64,000 bases of DNA, from NCBI GenBank assembly GCA_040285855.1, contig JAUFOQ010000004.1:558001-622000 (forward strand), given 5' to 3'. A program made the translations under genes and the position numbers. Positions 13,110 to 26,538 of the stretch are shown here, piece by piece (the first letter of the stretch is position 1; every line of letters begins with the position of its first letter). Origin of the DNA: Eukaryota sp. GEM-RC1 (Eukaryota). The notes beneath the pieces are model-generated. The model ran no database searches and was not told the origin of the DNA. It worked only from the letters and a program-made list of their open reading frames with translations.

Positions 13110-16100
13110 ATGAGCAATCCCTCTCAAACTGGAACTTTACATGGACCAATTACATCAGTGACTTATGGGGTTGTATCTCAGGCGGTTGTATCATTCTGTC
13201 AGAATGTATCACAATTGTCACGTAGAAACTCTCTGGCACTTGTTGTGATGTACATACAAGCTCTCCAATTGATATCTTTGAACCTTAATCTTCACACCAG
13301 TCCATGGCTATCTGAAAAGTATTTTCCGGATATACGCCGCTTCATCCACTTTGGTCTACCTTTTTGGACACAGTCTTCAAGGACTTTATTAGTCACACTC
13401 TTCATCGGTTCAGCTCTGGTTTGTCTGCTTTTCCTCTTCATGATTTTCAATGTCTATAATAAAGAGTTCATCTCTATTCTTCGATTCCCCCTGCTTCTTA
13501 AACACCTCATCTACTTCTTCCGTATTATTCAGCTTCCTTATGCCAGTGTTCTGCTACTTACTTTGGGTTGCACCTCGATCGAACCTCTCTTCCATCCCTG
13601 GACTTCGACCGATGGCTGTTGGAATCTTCCTGCTATGTCACTGAGGATACTCGCAGGTTTAATGCTCGTTTTGGTATTATTTCAATCATACATTTTTGAC
13701 TGCGTTTCTCGTGATACCAATCTCATCTCTAAGTTCTTATTCACTCAAAACCACGTTACATTCTCTTTCTTCCATGTATTTCTGCTGCAGCTATCTGTCC
13801 TCGCCGTCTACTATCTTCTTCCTCATAGACCAGTTCTATTTTTGACTTGTTATTCAGTTGCTCCTGTACTACTGTATATTTACTGCTGGATCAGAATACC
13901 GTTTGTTCACCTTAAGGCATATCGATACTTTGGATGCTTCTGTGGTCTGTGGTTTTCAATGTCATTGTCAAACATAGTTTTTAATATTCTACAACTTTTC
14001 AATTTATCACCCCCAGGAATAATTGTTACGATGTTTTACGTTCTTCCCGCGTTGATAATCTCCCCACTATTTGCTTATCTCTTAACTCGAAGCTATACTA
14101 ACACAATGGCATTGATTTTCCCAGAATCTCTCCTTACTAAGTCTGAGCAGAAGTACTTTGGAAAGAATACTGGCTCAAGTGATTCATCAGATTCGGAGGC
14201 TAATGATGATGATGAAAGAAAAGCTTCTGATGTCGTAGTTCCTGTCCCACACTGGATTCACGCTTTCAGATATACTACGTTTATTAGACCTCTTGGTAAG
14301 AGACAAAACATTGAAAAGGCACGCAGAATATTAGAATTCTACTCCAATAGATTTCCTAACTCAGTAGATCTTTTTCTACAACGAGCTGCTTTTGACGTTT
14401 ACTGTGTTCAAGATCATTTGGGGGCAAATGTCATTCTCTCACATTTGAAAAATATGGGTAGTGATATATCGTGCGATGAAAAATTTAGAATGTTTATCAT
14501 TGAAATGGAAATTGACAACCTGAGACGTCGTCAAAGCACTGGTATGCGTGATTCTGATCAGTACGTTCTCCTACAGCGTTCAGTTAAGGACGCCCAAGAG
14601 AAACTGAAAGACTATCTTTTATCAGTTTTTCAATTTTGGAAATATTTGAAAAAAGCTAATGTTCAAATCGAAGTGCTCCCTAAGATCACTGAGGACATTA
14701 AAAACAGAAAGACATCGGTCGAAACAGTTTACATTAGACTGATTCAGTCTCACCCAGATTCTGCTGACGTCATGCGAAGTTACGCTACCTTTTGCAGTGA
14801 TGTTCTCGGAGATGAGGATCTTTCTGCTGCATACGTTGAAAGAGCAGATCTACTTTCAGCTCCTTCTACTAATGACAATGCATCTTCAAGTATTCGTTCT
14901 GCTTCCATAGGTGGGTCTGTTGTGGGTGGTAAGACAAGAAGTAGGAGGAAGAAAAGCAGACTTCAAGCAATGCAGGCGGAGTGGATCACAATGTCAAAAG
15001 CTGAGGACACATCTTCAATTGGTGGATTTTCAAAGGGAATTACGTTGTGTTTTATAGTGATACTTGCATGTGCATTTCTCTCTTTAATTTCAACGGAAAT
15101 GTCCTTAAATAGTGTTTCCAATAGAATGTTGGTACTGGTAGAAAGTTCTCATATATCTTTCCAATCAGCATTGCTTCCATTAAGTTTACGACAATTGGTT
15201 TATGCAAAATTAGCGGGAACAGACATCTCAAGCTTACAAAATTTGGCCATCGAAACTAGTCAACACTTGAACTATCACTTTTCGAGAGTTTCATTGGGAG
15301 AATCTTATAAGTCTGATGTTTACCAGTGTCCAAGAGTTGGAACTAGGCGTATCTCTGCTATCGATGATGATGACGTGATGTCGCTGATGACGTTGCCTCG
15401 AATTTTTGTTCAATTGTTCAAAAATACAAATCCGGTATCAACCGAAAGTAAAATAGTCAACCTCTGGTCCCTCGCCTTATCAATGACCCAGGCGACTGTT
15501 TCATTCTCCAGAAAAGCTGGACACGAACTTGATTATATCGACGAAAATGATCCTAATTATCGATTTGTGATTGATAACACGGTAGTGAGCTCTGAAGCCT
15601 GGTCTGATTTTTGGGAGTCTCTGTTAAGCTCAAGTGACATGTTTTTCTTCAATAACATTGTTATCATTTTATTTTTGTCTGTGATTTCATTTCTAATCTG
15701 CATCTATACCACTGTTGTTTTCATTGTCTCTCGATTAGAAAAGTTATCTCAGGAAAAACTTGGTGTTTTAAATCTGTTTCTACACTTGGATGACAAATCA
15801 ATTGATCAAATTCTTCAACAATCTAAGTTTGAGGCTATTTTTGCAGACTCAAAAGGTAAACAAGAAAATCCATGGGAATCGACATTTCCTTCAAGTGTTG
15901 ACGTTTTGGAAGAAGTTGTTGATAACGACAATAATGCTGGGTTATTGAATTCTTTGCCAAGAAAAAAATCTTTTTATTCGCTTATTATGGTCCTTTTGTT
16001 GTTGTTCTGTCTTATTTTATTTATTGGTGCTGTTGCAATCTATCAACCACATCAAGGTTTAAGCAGTGTTTTAATTGAATATTCTAATTTTTATGATAGT

Positions 16101-18252
16101 TTTGAAAGTATTATCCATAATTTACTATCTTCTTTTAGGTCGAGTGTCGGTTTTATTCTGACTGGCGATTATCTTCTTTATGACAAATATCGTTGTGAAA
16201 TTGATCCGGAAACTTACTTTTTTAATTTAAATGAAATCGCAGAAGTTGTACCACATCAAAATTTTAAAACATTAGAATATTTTGAACACAAACGAAGCTC
16301 TGTGACACGTGTACTTTCAATTGCCGCTTTTCTTACATCTCATAGTTTTAATTTAGAACGTCTTCTGGTACCTGAGTTCAAACCAATTACGTTTCATTAT
16401 AATTTTTCCAGTGAAAGTGACCATGAACTTTTGAAAATCAAACATCCGGATATTGCTTCTTTATGGTATTCCAACCCGCAATTTGATTTAAGCCTACCTA
16501 CTGCTGATCAACAACAACTTGCCCGTCATTTGGTCACCAGTTCTTACTTCACTACTTTAAAAGAAGAAGCTGTTAGTCCCCTTAAAACTACAGCCCAAGA
16601 ATTACATTCGTTTTTTTATTCCCGAATTTATTATCATCATGGAATTCATCAATTACTTGCAGTTATTCTATTGCTTCTTACTGGGATTGCTATTTTATTA
16701 GGTTTGGTTTTCTTCATTGTACTGAAAACCATTTTAAAGTCACGTGTGAAATTCCTGTTTGGATTTATTTCCTCTATTGTCATTGCTTTGAGTATCAGAA
16801 ATGGCCAAAATATCTACCAGACGTATAATTACGGTAACGACATCAATATGCACTTACATCTATTTCAAAACGATTCACAAAATGCTTTAATGCTACCTTC
16901 TGCAGTATTGGAAGTCGAAATCAATTTTGTTGCCTTTCTTATTTCACAGAAGCAGATTTTTCTAGATGAGTTCCTTGTTAGCTATGTTAATGTGGACACA
17001 ATGATATCAGAGGTGTTATTCGATAATGATTTCGCTACTTTCACCAGATCCTTTATTGAGGAGTATCTCACAACACGTAAAGTGATGGCGTATTTGACTG
17101 CTAAACGTCTTCAATCAAAGTTGATTGATCATCCTCTTTTCAAAACGTTTCCGTTCCTAATCATGGGATATTGGATGTTTATCACATGACCACCTCGAAT
17201 GAAACTGACAATGATAATAATTACACACGCTTTCTTTCTCATTTATTTTCTCGAGATAATCGCTTGTTCTTTGACGATGGCATGACCAAATTAATCCAAC
17301 CGTTGGCAAAATCTATTCTACAATTTACTCAAGAAGATATTCAACCCAATATACAGAAAATTAATTCTCAAGCCCGAGTATTTATGTTTGTTCTAATTGC
17401 CATGTTTTTAACTTCTGCCGTATTCTTTGGATATGCGGTTCATTTCTCAGCAAAACATGAGCTAAGATCACATATGTCTCACATCAAACAGGAAACAGAA
17501 TTCGCTGCCATTTCTTTTTTTAGGAAAAAAGTTTCATTTCCATGTCAATTTTAGTGTTGGTACTTCTAAACTTGTCATTTACTTCATGGTACCACCTCAA
17601 TCGTGTCCAACAGCTCCCTCACTCAATCGCTCATGCCGCGGTAAGAATCACTCTTGTTACTCAAATTGTTGATCAGTGTGTGGCGGTAGTGATGAATCCA
17701 TTGAAGAAGCAGTTACACGTCAGCAACATTGTGGCTTTCATTGACGAACTTCACGCGGTACATCAATCACTGTTATTTGACCTTGATAACTTTGATTCGT
17801 CTGCAGGTCGCTTTGCGAATCAAGATGAGCTCCATTTTTCCAACGATTTTGTGACGGTAAATGGAAGCCTGGGTCTTCATGTTTTATTGGAACAGTTTAT
17901 AAATTCTGTTGAGAAATTTTTGACTCTGGTATACATGGAAAGTCTGACTCTCGATTCTCCCGTTGTCAGTAGTCTCATAGAACAACGTCCAAGGATCTCA
18001 GAAGCCATGGTCGATTCTATTGACTTTTATCATGATGAAACGTTTTCTGCAATTCAAACGGGTTTGATTGCTGTGAGATTAATGTTTACGTTGTCTGTTG
18101 TTACTTTGTTAATAGTGTACTTTTTGGTTTTTTTACGGATGATTAAATCTTTAGAAGCCGAACAGCATAGTACTGCTTTGTTGTTGGAAATGTTTCCAGA
18201 ACATTGTTTGCAGAACAATATGGCAATTAAGTCTTTTTGTCAAATTTTATAA
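13110..18252 (+). CDS. Large multi-pass membrane protein, TmcB/TmcC-like (two homopolymer frameshifts, ~17145 and ~17530)
   Basis: N-terminal multi-TM block; helical region (...FWKYL...Y.RLIQSHPDS..V.RSYATF..DVL.DE); repeated TM-ectodomain-TM units ending in LNLFLHL / LLLEMFP; three ORFs joined by single-base shifts in A-runs. Confidence 0.7.
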
Positions 18253-18499
18253 TTGGATGATCTCTGTAGATGAGTGTTTTGCTAGTAAAATGTGATTTGT
18301 AGTTTGGTTTAGTTCAATAAATTTTGTATATTGATAGTGTTTTATGTTATAAATTATCGAAACACAAACATCTAGTACTTAAAAGATATTAAATGATCTA
18401 CCACGATACAATTTGTGCAGAATACGATTCAAATACTTTGGGAAACTTAAAATGTATATCAACTACAGTAATTAGTTTCAACAGATGGTTTGTTTGAAA

Positions 18500-20755
18500 G
18501 TTATTCCTCCAATTTAATTGACTGATGCTCGACTTTTTGCTTTAGTAAAACCAGGTAACGGAATTAAGCCTGATGGAATCCGTCCAATTGCAGTTGGAGA
18601 ATCAATTTCTCGTTTATTCGCATCAATTGTGTTTAATCGAGTGGTCGATAAAGCGGGTCGCTTTTTGTCTCCATTTCAATTTGGAATTAAGACAATTGAC
18701 GGGGTTTCTTTGCTGCCTTAACATCAGATTTGTTTTTTAATTCACATGATGATAATTTCATTTTTAATCTTGATTTCAAAAATGCGTTTAATTCAGTTAG
18801 TCGTAAATCTGTTTTTGCTGCTATTGAAAAAGACTTTCCTGAGTTGACGTCCTACTTTTATTTATTTTATGGAAAACCAAGCGATTTAATTTATGATTCA
18901 TATTCCTTGAAGTCTATGTCTGGTGTTAAACAAGGAGATACTCTTGGTCCTCTTTTTTTTTTGTTTGGCTATTCATGATTCGCTTTTCTGTATTTTAAAA
19001 AAATACCGAGACCTTAAGATAGTTGGCTATATGGATGATATTTCTATTATTGGTCCCCTTGACTTGTTAAAAAGGTAGCTGTGGAAGTGGCTGATATTTA
19101 TGAAACATTGGGTTTATCACTGAACCCAGACAAATGTTTATTAATTGGTAGATCTACAAAAGAATTATTTATTAATGGAGTTCAGATTCCTTTTATCAAT
19201 TATGTTGAAGACGCTTTTCGTTTTCTAGGATGTTGGCTTAAGAATGTTCCTAAAATTTCTCAAGAATTATCTAATTGTTTGGACAAAATTGGTTCAGAGC
19301 TCAACACAATTTGTTCATATGATATTGAAAAACATATCAAGTTTTTTATTTTAAAAATTTGCTACTCCGGAAAAATCACACATCTTTCGAGATCTAATGT
19401 TCCTTTAATCGCTCTGAACTTTTGTAGATCTTTTAACGAGTTGAGGATTAATTTTTTGCTTCATTGTTAGAAAATGATTCAACCTTACTTAGAAGTCATT
19501 TGTTTACTTCTGCTCATTTTGGTGGTATTGGTTTTACCAAATCATCAATTCTTTGCGAATCTGCTTTTTAGGCAGTGGACAAAATTTCCTCTTTGAATTT
19601 GTTAATCGATTTCCTAATGATACTAGTATTTCACTTATTAACTTATCAATTCATGTAAATATTTATTTGACTTAAACGAAGCGTTAATCAAATTACCTTC
19701 TGACGTTTGGTCTCAGTGTTTCCCAGAATCTGTGTCTGAAATACCTGAAAGATGTTTAACTAATCTTCAGTTCTGTCTGAAAAAATTACAACAGAAACTT
19801 ACAAATATTTTTGAAAGCTTGGATTATAATGTTCGACTTGGTCTGGCCAAGGAAAAAAAATCCCACTGTTGCAAATTTCTTAACGGATATTTCTAATAGC
19901 TCTGCTTCATGTCTGATTACTCAAATCCCTCAAGTTTACGGTCTTCTTCTTGATGATAACTCTTGGTCATTAAACATGCGTTGACGGTCATATATTTGGC
20001 CTGATAACCTTCCACATAATTTGAAATGCCAATGTGGGCAATCTGTAACACCTACACATTTATTGAATTGTAACCGTTTTATTTCTTTTAGAAATAAGGT
20101 TCATGATTCAGTAAGGGATCAATTATATTGTATGTGTAAATCCTATGGAATAGTTTCCTTTTTAGAACCAGTTCTGGCTGGTTTGTTTGATGATACATAT
20201 GTTGACAAATCGTTTGGAAATAGCCGTGGTGATGTCATATTTCCTGGTCTCGATGGATCTTTCATTATTGCTGGTGTTATGTCTATCGATGTTTGTAATG
20301 ATTCCAACAAGAAACTTGCTAAATCTAAAGCTAAAAACCCCTTCTTGAATGGTGAAAAATTTAAAATGCAAAAATATTGTGCTAAATTGAAATTATTGAA
20401 TTCGACTTCACACTCGAATTACTTGTTGTACCCTTTTGTATTTTCATTATACGGTTCTTTAGATGAATCTGCATCATCATTACTGGAAATCTTTGTGAAG
20501 ATTGTAAGTGAAAAAACATCTAGGACTTTTGATCTTAGATTTTGGAAAAATCGAATCGTGTTTGCTGTCTTTAAAGGTATGGTCACTTCTGTATCTAGCG
20601 ATTTATTATCTCTTGGCAGACATTATGAAGATAAGGTAGGTGACAATTTCCAGTTAGGCAATCTGGACTTTGAGGATATTGGTTATTGGATGTATGTACA
20701 CTGTAGTGTTATTGTTTATTACATTTAGAATAAATAATTCGATAACAATAATAAA
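18500..20755 (+). mobile_element. CRE-like non-LTR retrotransposon (RT + zinc knuckle + restriction-like endonuclease), 5'-truncated and frameshifted
   Basis: RT motifs IRPIAVGE, FQFGI, LDFKNAFNSVSR, GVKQGDTLGP, YMDD (~19028-19039); CQC...HLLNC...HDSVRD; RGD catalytic-type motif. Confidence 0.9.
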
Positions 20756-21063
20756 AATACCGTCTTGCAGTGATCGTCACTAACTAATACAGTTTGAGGT
20801 GTAATAGATGTTACACTTCCTTGAACTTCTTCCAAAATTTGACAGACCAAAATCAGTTTCAGCTACGCCCAAACTCTGCTTGAAAACCAACAGGTCCGGA
20901 ATATATTGTGATCAACTTCTGATTGTCACACTTACTCAAATTTAAGGTACGTCATTTGCTGACCACAACTTCCCCAAAATGACATTTTTGTGTAAGAAGC
21001 TCAGCAATCGCTTGAAATCAACAAAAGTACTAGTAGTCTTCGAATCGCAATGTATTTACCGAG

Positions 21064-22208
21064 CAGGAATGTGTATTATCGATATCTTTTATTTATCTTT
21101 TTGTTAGGCAACTTCGATAAATATATTGTCAGGGGAAAATACCTTATATATTTATCGACTATTGAGCCATGAATCGATAAATATATCTTTGATAATTGAT
21201 TGATATACAATATAAATTGAAAGATATCTATATTAATAAACTACGTTTCTAAGCTTAACGCATTTCCAAGCCCCACGCGTATATCTGTGCTCAATTTTTG
21301 GAGGGGTTGGGGCAGAATAAGCTAACATACAGTTGAAGTTGGCAACTTTGGCATAACATATAGCCGCAAAGTTTTTTCGGGACAACTTATGGGCCATGGT
21401 GGAATTATGCAGCAGCAAACAATTTCTCCAACATCATTTATCAGTCCTCACAGCATTTTGGAATACACCGATTGCTTCAATTAATCTCACTGGAAAATAG
21501 TGTCAGTGAGACTAATTCCGATATGAAAGTTTCATTTTGACCTCCCACGTAGTACTAATTTGGTTGTTTTTAACGAGAAAGATGCAACAAAAATACATTT
21601 GATTGAATGAACTTTTACAGTTAGAAGAACTTGTACACTGATAAGATCAACTTAAAACTCAACTTGAAAATCTGATTCCTCTCTGAACACTCTGTATCAT
21701 ATGTTCTAGCTACATCCGTAGCTTTAAGGCCCAAAGCATCTTCCAAGGTCCAACTGAAAATGGTACTGGAGTTTGGCATTAACAAATATACTCTGCCCTT
21801 GATACATCTGTGTTTCTTGAAGACAAATGTTCAAGCTATATCAAAGAGATTAATAATTTAAATTAGAGAGACGGTTTTTAAAAAACAAATGATTTCATAG
21901 AATGATTTATTTAGTCTGACTAGTACAAGTGCGAAACAATTAGCAATTACTCTCATTAATTACGATACGTGACCAGTGAAAGTGACGTAACTGGAAACAA
22001 TCGGTGCACGTCTTTCAGAGAAATCACTCACTGAAACCAGAAAGATGTTCTAATCGGTCTCCAAAAAATATCTTTATTTATCGCAATATATCGGAATATT
22101 GTTGGCGACAGTCGATAAATATATCTTTCAGAATTGTTGGGTCAATAAGATATCGATAACTAGATATATCGTTATCGAACAATAAGATTTTATCGATACA
22201 CATTCCTG
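21064..22208. mobile_element. Non-autonomous hAT-like element
   Basis: TIR CAGGAATGTGTAT / ATACACATTCCTG; TSD TTACCGAG / TTACCAAG (7/8); many ATCGAT(A) subterminal motifs at both ends. Confidence 0.8.
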
Positions 22209-22480
22209 TTACCAAGTGACTACGACGGAATATCACAATGATACAGAAAACCCACAAATTGGATTTCTAAACGATCAAATAATGTAGTAGCAATTTGCCA
22301 AAGTACTGTGTTTGACTAGTGAATGAAGTCACCTTGAGAGAAATTATGGATCAATATTTTAAGGGTAAAATTCAAAAACACTCATGTCCCAAATCTATAT
22401 TTCATAACCACTCAAATGGAATTTGATATTACAAAAAACACTCATTAGATCACTATAATATTGATATCAATACAACCAAG

Positions 22481-23092
22481 CAGGCTTCACTGAAGTAGTC
22501 CAAAATTCAAAATTAAAGTAAAGTAAAGTACTTTACTTTACTTTAAGCTTTACTTTACTTTGATAAATAAAGTTACTTTAAGGACATTAAAGTTGGATCC
22601 AATCTCAATTCCTCTCCCATACATTGTCTCCTGAAAATTGAAAATAGATTTCCATGACATTCCTTCCTTCCAAACAGCTCCTTCAAATCAGTTCTTCGAC
22701 TAGCAACCAGCAGAGGAAGTGGTCTTTGTATTTGAGGATGATGACCAAGAAGTGTCTGATGAAGATCTAGAAGAGAATGAAGAAGATGTGGTCCAAGTTG
22801 AAGAAGTGAACCCATATGAAGATGTGGTCCAAGTTGATCCATAGTGAAAATGATATATTCTTAAGCGCTCACCCATTGCCCACTTTCCATTTTTACATTC
22901 CAGTTTTTGGTGAGTTTCTACAATAAATCATGTATAATAGTGTACTTTTGGTGTCAAAGAGTTATTTGCTGTGCTCAGAAAGCAAAATAAACAAGATTGA
23001 GGTTTGTCACTTTACCGTTCCGAAATTTTAAAGTAAGGTAAAGTAAAGTAAAGTAAAGTCACTTTATCACTTTACTACTTTAGTGAAGCCTG
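22481..23092. mobile_element. hAT MITE nested in the MULE
   Basis: TIR CAGGCTTCACT / AGTGAAGCCTG; perfect 8-bp TSD CAACCAAG at 22473-22480 and 23093-23100; (AAAGT)n subterminal repeats. Confidence 0.9.
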
Positions 23093-23159
23093 CAACCAAG
23101 TCATTGTTTTACTATATTTTGATTACTATTATCTCATCTATCTATCGATATGCCATCTA

Positions 23160-23870
23160 CTACTTGTTGGGACATGTCTTCATTGTATGTCCCTTCTTCT
23201 TGCAGATACTGCATCCGTACTTTCCTCGTCCTTTCTTCATCTCTGGTTCACCAATGCTGGTAAGTCTTCTTGTACGTGGCCTTCCTCTTCCTCGTTTCTC
23301 TACTGGAGGCGCGACTTGCTCTTGAACTTCATCTTCAGTAGCCATCCAGCTGTTTCTGGCTCTAATAGCAGGTAACAAAGTACCATAGCATTTTAACAGA
23401 GTTGATTGATGATATTCCTCACCAATCAACTCTTCTAGAGGTTTTCTCATGAACACAGCAACAGCAACAGCATGTACACACGGGACTTTGTCTTCTTGCC
23501 ACTTTCCACATGAACAGCTCTTCTTCATCTCATCAACAATAGCAGAATCTGCTCCCTGAACCTCAAACTGTTGGTTCTGAGCAGGAACAATGGTAAATGC
23601 TGTTGCATTACCTAATAAAGATCTTACATCATCTGCCACTTGTTTTACAATACAGGGCATTTTCTTTGCCTTTTCTAGTCTTTCCCCCATTTTTATCATA
23701 GTTTTACGGCGAATTGCTTCTAATAAAATGATAACATTTTCACCCCTTTCTTTCTTAATTGAGTTGTTAAACGATTCACTTAAATTATTAGTTACATGAC
23801 CATATCTTCCTTTTAAAAACAGAAGACGAGTCCAAAATTGTTCTCCAATATCAGACAACCAATTGAATGC
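23160..23870 (-). pseudogene. MULE transposase C-terminal half
   Basis: TNNLSESFN motif; SWIM finger CSCGKWQEDKVPCVH; RGRPR; terminal CSICKKKGHTMKTC knuckle; N-terminal catalytic part missing. Confidence 0.88.
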
Positions 23871-24123
23871 ATTGGAGTTCCAAATTTAGCCTGCTTCAAG
23901 TTATTTTTAGACGTAAAGATGTCTCCTACAAGTAAAGTCATTGTTTGTGAAGTATGTATATCAGAAAAGGTTCATGAGTGTTTTTTGTAATATCAAATTC
24001 CATTTGAGTGGTTATGAAATATAGATTTGGGACATGAGTGTTTTTGACATTTTTCCATATTTTAATCTAGAATTTCGGATTACTTTAGTGAAGCCTACAC
24101 CAAAATCCTCCTTTTACACCCTC

Positions 24124-25605
24124 ATGACTATAAATCCCACTGAACAAGACAGACTGATCTTTGAAGAATCTGCTGACTTCGCGACTGCTGAGCAGAGACC
24201 TTATGGTAACTTTACCTTCTTCTGTTTGACAATGAACTATATCATTGGTACTGGAGTTCTAGGTATACCTTATGCCTTTAGTATCACTGGAATCCGTTTG
24301 TCCATCATCGTAACTCTCTTTGTCGGCCTTCTTAGTTTTATTTCTTTCCTCTATCTATCGGAAGCCATGACTCGTGCCGATGCCATCAACGATATGCTTG
24401 ATGGTGATCTTTCAAATTCCCTAGTCACTGCCAGTCCCATGTTCAGAATATCTAGTCGAAAGTTTGAAGTCCCCCATCTAGTGGAACTCTTTCTAGGAGG
24501 TAAATGGAAGGCAGCCTATCAAGTAGCCATCACCTTATACATGTCCACTGCCTTGATCTCTTACGCTTCCACCAGTGCTGGCTCATTAATGACCAACTTC
24601 TTCTTCCCAGGAATAACTACTTCAGGGGAGTGTAATTCTAACCTAGAAGACTGGTCCTCCAACTGTTTCCTTAGTTATCTCTGTTTCTTAGGAATCTACT
24701 CAATCATTGTTATTTCTCTTACCATGGTTGGTTTAAGTGGCCAGGGTATGGTCCAGAACTTCTTCACTATCTACCGCTACCTAGTCTTCTTTATCTGCAT
24801 CGTAACTGTCATCTTCGCTATCTTTGATCAAGACTACCCTACAGACTCCCTCTCCCTCACCCCTCACATCAAAACTGTTCCCGATTGGCAATGGTCATCT
24901 CTAGGTGTTATAATCCCAACCCTTTACTTTGCTAACATTGGTCAACACTCACTCCCAGCCTTAGCTTCTCCTCTCAAGGACAAGTCAGCTGTTCAAAAGA
25001 ATCTGATTTGGGTTATATGTGTCCTTACTGTTGTTTACGTCGTTCTCTCTACTACTTCCGTTCTCTACTTTGGAAGTAATACCGGAGAACTTCTGTCTCT
25101 AATGTGGAAGACCTACAATCCGTGGGGGCACGAACACCAAGCTATCTGGGCTAAGATTCTAGTTCAACTTGTTGTTTTGTTTGTTCCTGTAGCTTGCTTG
25201 TCTGCTTACCCAATCAACGCGATTACTCTCGGAAACAACATCTTTGAGTCTGTTCTACCAGCACATAGAAGAGACATGTGTACTCCAAAATATGTTAAGA
25301 AAGTTCAACGTCTGTGTTTATTGTTTTGTTCTCTCCCACCAATCTTTCTTTCAATTTTTGCTCGCCGATTCTCTTCTATTTTGTCTTTTGGAGGACTTAC
25401 CGGGTTCTTTATTGCAATGATCATCCCTGCATTACTACATTTAGCTAGTAGAGAGAGATGTATTTCTTGTTGGAACTTGAGAATTACTGAGAGGAATCCG
25501 TATTCTTCTTTTGTTTCGAAGCCTTTTTTTGCTTATATTCTGATCTATATTGGAATTGCTGCTTCAATATTGACTTCAATTAGTCTGTTCCGTACTGTGT
25601 TTTAG
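24124..25605 (+). CDS. Amino-acid transporter family protein, TMEM104-like (493 aa from ATG 24124)
   Basis: MNYIIGTGVLGIPYAF, RKFEV..LVELFLG and QHSLPAL motifs with ~11 TM segments; the ORF-track start (24034) lies inside the MULE TIR. Confidence 0.85.
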   Translation: MTINPTEQDRLIFEESADFATAEQRPYGNFTFFCLTMNYIIGTGVLGIPYAFSITGIRLSIIVTLFVGLLSFISFLYLSEAMTRADAINDMLDGDLSNSLVTASPMFRISSRKFEVPHLVELFLGGKWKAAYQVAITLYMSTALISYASTSAGSLMTNFFFPGITTSGECNSNLEDWSSNCFLSYLCFLGIYSIIVISLTMVGLSGQGMVQNFFTIYRYLVFFICIVTVIFAIFDQDYPTDSLSLTPHIKTVPDWQWSSLGVIIPTLYFANIGQHSLPALASPLKDKSAVQKNLIWVICVLTVVYVVLSTTSVLYFGSNTGELLSLMWKTYNPWGHEHQAIWAKILVQLVVLFVPVACLSAYPINAITLGNNIFESVLPAHRRDMCTPKYVKKVQRLCLLFCSLPPIFLSIFARRFSSILSFGGLTGFFIAMIIPALLHLASRERCISCWNLRITERNPYSSFVSKPFFAYILIYIGIAASILTSISLFRTVF

Positions 25606-26538
25606 TGGTAATCTAAATAAGTATAAATTTTGTATTTATTCATTTGTGTTTTTGTTCCACTTCTTATATTTATAATGTTGTTGTTTCAATCTTTATTTGC
25701 TTCTTCAGTTAGTTACTCCTGAAGCGATAAAAATCTCCACATATACCATCAAAAATTGATTGGCCACCAACAGTCATTTGAGGCCCAAGTATTGATATCA
25801 CATCTTTTTGTTTAAGAAATTTCCAAAGTACACTTCAAATAGTATACGCATGCACCAATTGAATCAGAACAAATTTGTATGTGCAATATACATTTCAAAT
25901 TTTAATTGACAGAAATCAATTGGGTAAACATTTCAATCACACATTGAAAGTGTCCATAATCCAGTGTACAATTTTACTGTAATTAAAGTGAATCACACAA
26001 ATCATCAATTTTTACTGGTTCGGCTTAACCAATTGATTAAATATCAGTGATTACGTTCTAATGAATCAGAATTTAGACACATCAGTTATGTAGTTATGTC
26101 ATACACGTAATTGGCAGTAGAACAAACCACTACAAGCAAAAGATCAGAGTAAGAGTTTATGTGCTGAGCCAATATCCTGACATGAAACTAAATTATTCTA
26201 AGGACTATTATAAGCAAACAATCTAACGAACTGCCCCATTCCATCAATTAATTACCACCAACCACGTAGATCAAAATGTAAGCAACATATTTCTACATTG
26301 GATTAAAAAAACGAAAGAAAAAAGTGTTTTAAAGCTCCACAATTCATGCACAAATGTAACACCAGGTACTAATACAACGTGGTGAATATCGTACAACATG
26401 TATGGTTTTGCTTTCTTGTTGGAAGAAAAACAGATCTAATCAAATTATTGTAAGAGTTTATTTGCAACAATAAATTAATACATACATGTACTAATTCATT
26501 CATAGTAACAAAATTCTTCAAAAGATCATCACCACCAA

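Larger units (their letters stand above)
22363..24056 (-). mobile_element. Mutator-like (MULE) element, internally deleted
   Basis: ~83-bp TIRs at 22363-22445 and 23974-24056; 9-bp TSD ATATTTTAA at 22354-22362 and 24057-24065; MULE transposase remnant inside. Confidence 0.92.

Noticed and set aside
20768..20779. CAGTGATCGTCA matching the TIR of the 10201-12075 hAT
   Set aside because: Isolated 12-mer with no subterminal repeats or partner end
24034..24123. 30-aa N-terminal extension of the transporter in the ORF track
   Set aside because: Encoded by the MULE TIR/TSD and a MITE remnant; ATG 24124 is more plausible
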